Shown: positions 60,893-64,000 of the stretch, in pieces | How positions within the stretch are numbered: the stretch's first letter is position 1 | Layout of the letters: every line of letters begins with the position of its first letter | From: Bugula neritina | Lineage: Eukaryota; Animalia; Bryozoa | Assembly (NCBI GenBank): GCA_964035545.1 | Contig: OZ037772.1 | Coordinates: 1,364,001 to 1,428,000 of the forward strand | DNA: 64,000 nucleotides | Direction: 5' to 3' | Translations under genes and position numbers: made by a program | Notes under the pieces: generated by a model | Seen by the model: only the letters and a program-made list of their open reading frames with translations | Databases searched by the model: none | Told to the model about the DNA's origin: nothing

Positions 60893-63800
60893 GAGCACCT
60901 GTCCCAAACTCCATCTCCACAAAGTCGTCAGCCACAATAGGTATTCTCCTGTCAGCAAAAGGATGTCTCACGAATTTCCCGTGTAAGTGTTCGTATCGGC
61001 CGTCTTCAGGGTGGACAGCCACGGCAGTGTCACCTGCAATAGTTACCAGACTTTATAGTCTCTCACAGTATTGAGTATTGATATACAATTATATATTTAC
61101 TGAGTGTTTACCAGATCCAACTTCACAGTCACTATACTCAGAGTACACAACTCCCAGTAAGTTAGTATTAAGCTAATTAACCACTAACCTCCCTATTCAC
61201 GCTTACCGTATCGTATCGTAACAGCAAATATCAGCCATTTTTACAAATGTCTGAGCTTCCTGTACGGTGTTGTGGTACGGTAGGATCAAGCACTGCTTGA
61301 TTCAAATAAGTTGCGGCGGACTCCTATTGGACAGAAAAACTTTTGCGTTTATTCATTGGATATAAATGTCCAATGTAGCGTCATAGATCGTACCTAATAG
61401 CGGACGTTGAAAACTTCAACCCGCACCTTAAACCAAAATGGAATAATAAAATTAAAGAACTTAGGCTATCTCAAGTTCTCCACTACTGCTCCTAAGTGAG
61501 AAAGTGAGAATAGTTAGAGAGATCTACTGGAGTCACTTCAACTGGCAGCAAGAGTCAGCTATTATTACGTTGCTAAGCAACAAAGCTATTAGTGACATTG
61601 ATGTCTACTAACCCAACATAGTTTCTAATCTAGTTGTGGCCACAAAGATCTCTTCGTCAGAATCTTCCACTTTATATGCAAAGGAAAGGAGAACTCCGAA
61701 CTCCACCTTCTCCTTGTAGCCCGGCACAGAGAGCATAGTCCTTCCTGTCAACTCTACTTTGTCTACCTGCAATCAGTGATACAACTCTCTCAGACTATAC
61801 AGGTCAAAGGTTAAACTGTAGTGTGTGCTTCTGAGTCACTGCGTTCCCATTCTCTTCCAATAGTTCATATAATGTATATGAATGCTCGTACAAATGAATA
61901 TGTGGCTGTGGTCTCATTGATGTATTCATTCGAAGATAGTCATAATGTAATATATCAGGCTGTGTCTGAATACTACTATTAGGTTAGTTACCACCAACAC
62001 ACAAGTCTCGCAGTGAATAAACAGTTGACGTACACACAGCCGGGAGTCAGACTGATACTGTACGATATACCTCAATATCAGAGACGGCAGAGTTGAGAGT
62101 ACAGGACCAGTTGATCAGTCGGTTAGCTCTGTAGATCACACCTTTCTCGTGCATTCTGATAAACGCTTCGTTCACCGCTTTCAAAGATTTCTAATAAACA
62201 ATTATATATGAGTCATGTGTCAAGTGTGAACTGATTGGAGACCAGGCCTCATGATTAACCAATCATAGAGAGGATAACACGCTGAGTCAGTAAACAGCCG
62301 ACACGGCATATAGACTCCACTACTCAAACATAATATATGTATAGAGAGGATAACTCCTCACCTCATCCATAGTGAACGTAGTTCTGTCCCAGTCATAAGA
62401 CCCGCCCACTTTCCTCAACTGATGGTAGATTCTGCCTCCTTTTCTATAGAAATTTTATAATAACACTGACCAATCGTTGTGCTGCAAAACTTAGTTATAT
62501 TAGCAATTTAAATAATGAGACCAATGATAGAGTGTGATGAAGTAAACCTATATTTAACTTTTCGTATATTCAATTATATATAAGAATTTTATCATATTAA
62601 CGCTATTATATTATCTTATATCAAACTGTAGCAACTGCACACCAATAAGATAAAATAAAAACTCAAACCCAAATACTAAGTCGCTATGAAATGCATTTTC
62701 AAGATAAAATATTCCCTTACTGGTTCTTCCAGTCCCACACTCGTCTCACAAACTCATCTCGTCCCAAATCGTGTCAAGTTTTATTCTCTTCTCTAGTGCG
62801 TTTTTTCTCGACGACAACTTGAGTGGCTATTCCTGCGTGGTCACATCCGGGTACAAACAGTGTCACCTTCCCATTCATCCGGTGCCTGACAATACAACAG
62901 AACTGACACCTGCAGACACCTGACAACACAATCATATCAGACACCTGCAGACACCTGACAACGCGAGCATATCAGACACCTGTAGATATTCTGGAAAGGT
63001 GCTGAGAGAAATATCTGTGGTTGAAACAACATCAATATAATAGATGAATGACTTATGCCAACCGGTACTTAACACAAATTTTCTCAGCATTCAAAAAAGA
63101 ATTAACAGGGGGATGTTCATAGCCTGTCTGTGGAATATGTCAGAGTGACTTGGCAAGATGCCGAAATGTCATGTAGTCACCACCAGAGGAATGGTGTCTA
63201 CTGTTACCTGCTATAAGCTACGTACACCACCAGTTTAGTGACTAGGTAAGTACGGAGTTGTCTCATCTATATGAATGAACATCTCACCACCAAACTATCG
63301 CATCCTCAACCGCCCCCGTGAGGGCATGTCCTAGGTGAAGAGTCCCGGTCACATTAGGGGGAGGGATCATGATGATAAACTTCTCTTCAGGTGTGAGTTT
63401 CAGCACATCTCTACCTGTTACAAAGCAACCAATCACATCTCTCTCGGTTACAAAGTAAAAAGCAACCAATCACAGTACCTGTTACAACAGAGTAACAAAT
63501 CACACCTCTACGTGTTAGAAGTAACCAATCATATTATAGACTTTACTATGATGAGAAGTGTACCTTTGAGATTATACTCAGGTTTGAAGAATCCTTCCTT
63601 CTCCCACCAAGAGTACCAGGCAGCTTCCACATAGGACGGGGAGTAAGAATCAGGCATGGGACACGTCGTGTCTAGAATAATAGAAAACTATACAGTATAG
63701 GGGAGCAGCTGTGGTCTAGGGGTTAGAGCGTTTGTCTAGTGAACATGAAGCCATTGTTTGACAAAGGCCATTGGTGACGTTAGGAAGAGCATCCAGTCAT

Positions 63801-64000
63801 AATTGCTCCTCTGCCACATCTAAATAAGTCCTTGGCCCTTTCTAACAAAATCCCTTTCCACCAGGAGTCTCTCATAAGGATGGTGACTATACACTGATAT
63901 CTAGATATACTAAGTTGAGACTTGTCTTCTACTGGTCCATACAGTTCAAATGTGATAAACACATGTATAAATACAATAATCTATTCATAGCCCATAGTCT

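Larger units (their letters stand above)
40786..63671 (-). pseudogene. VARS1: Valyl-tRNA synthetase copy B: two nonsense codons, an apparently missing exon, 3' truncated; 5' exons lie beyond the window
   Basis: Exons 63671-63564, 63414-63288, 62885-62721 (TGA at 62776-62774), 62443-62362, 62190-62071, 61766-61613, 61033-60899, ~59483-59383, 58926-58845, 43460-43299 ([15 protein letters not shown]), 41438-41333 and 40982-40786 (DTWFSSG..TAG at 40935-40933..[10 protein letters not shown]). No GAVKITPAHD exon or KMSKS exon found. Confidence 0.93.

Noticed and set aside
62774-62776. In-frame TGA in VARS copy B as selenocysteine or readthrough
   Set aside because: Copy A has CGA (Arg) here, so it is a CpG transition; the copy also has a TAG and missing exons.

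Overview
AT-rich, intron-rich animal (invertebrate-like) genomic DNA from a heavily rearranged locus. Host genes: two same-orientation, disabled copies of cytosolic valyl-tRNA synthetase (copy A 217-2273; copy B 40786-63671, running off the right edge), an apparently intact 7-exon TRIM-like gene (RING, B-boxes, coiled coil, beta-propeller-like; 29029-36244), an orphan inverted last exon of a TRIM paralog, and a decayed Cys-rich/collagen gene. Mobile DNA: a Gypsy LTR retrotransposon (6732-14170) with a -1 frameshift signal and a predicted spliced accessory zinc-finger gene; LINE and Penelope fragments; several hAT, Kolobok-like and Mutator-like non-autonomous elements; many minisatellites. The main feature is a complete, ORF-intact 14.4-kb Polinton/Maverick (adintovirus-like endogenous virus, 43736-58094) in an intron of VARS copy B. 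Its notable traits are self-folding hairpin termini, a Zn-finger/PLA2/integrase/chromo fusion with putative protease sites, four putative vertex proteins sharing an N-terminal motif, TAAATG at nearly all start codons, and AAAATTGA upstream of the polymerase. The last two raise a virophage-like (helper NCLDV) hypothesis. All coordinates and alignments were read by eye; no searches were run.
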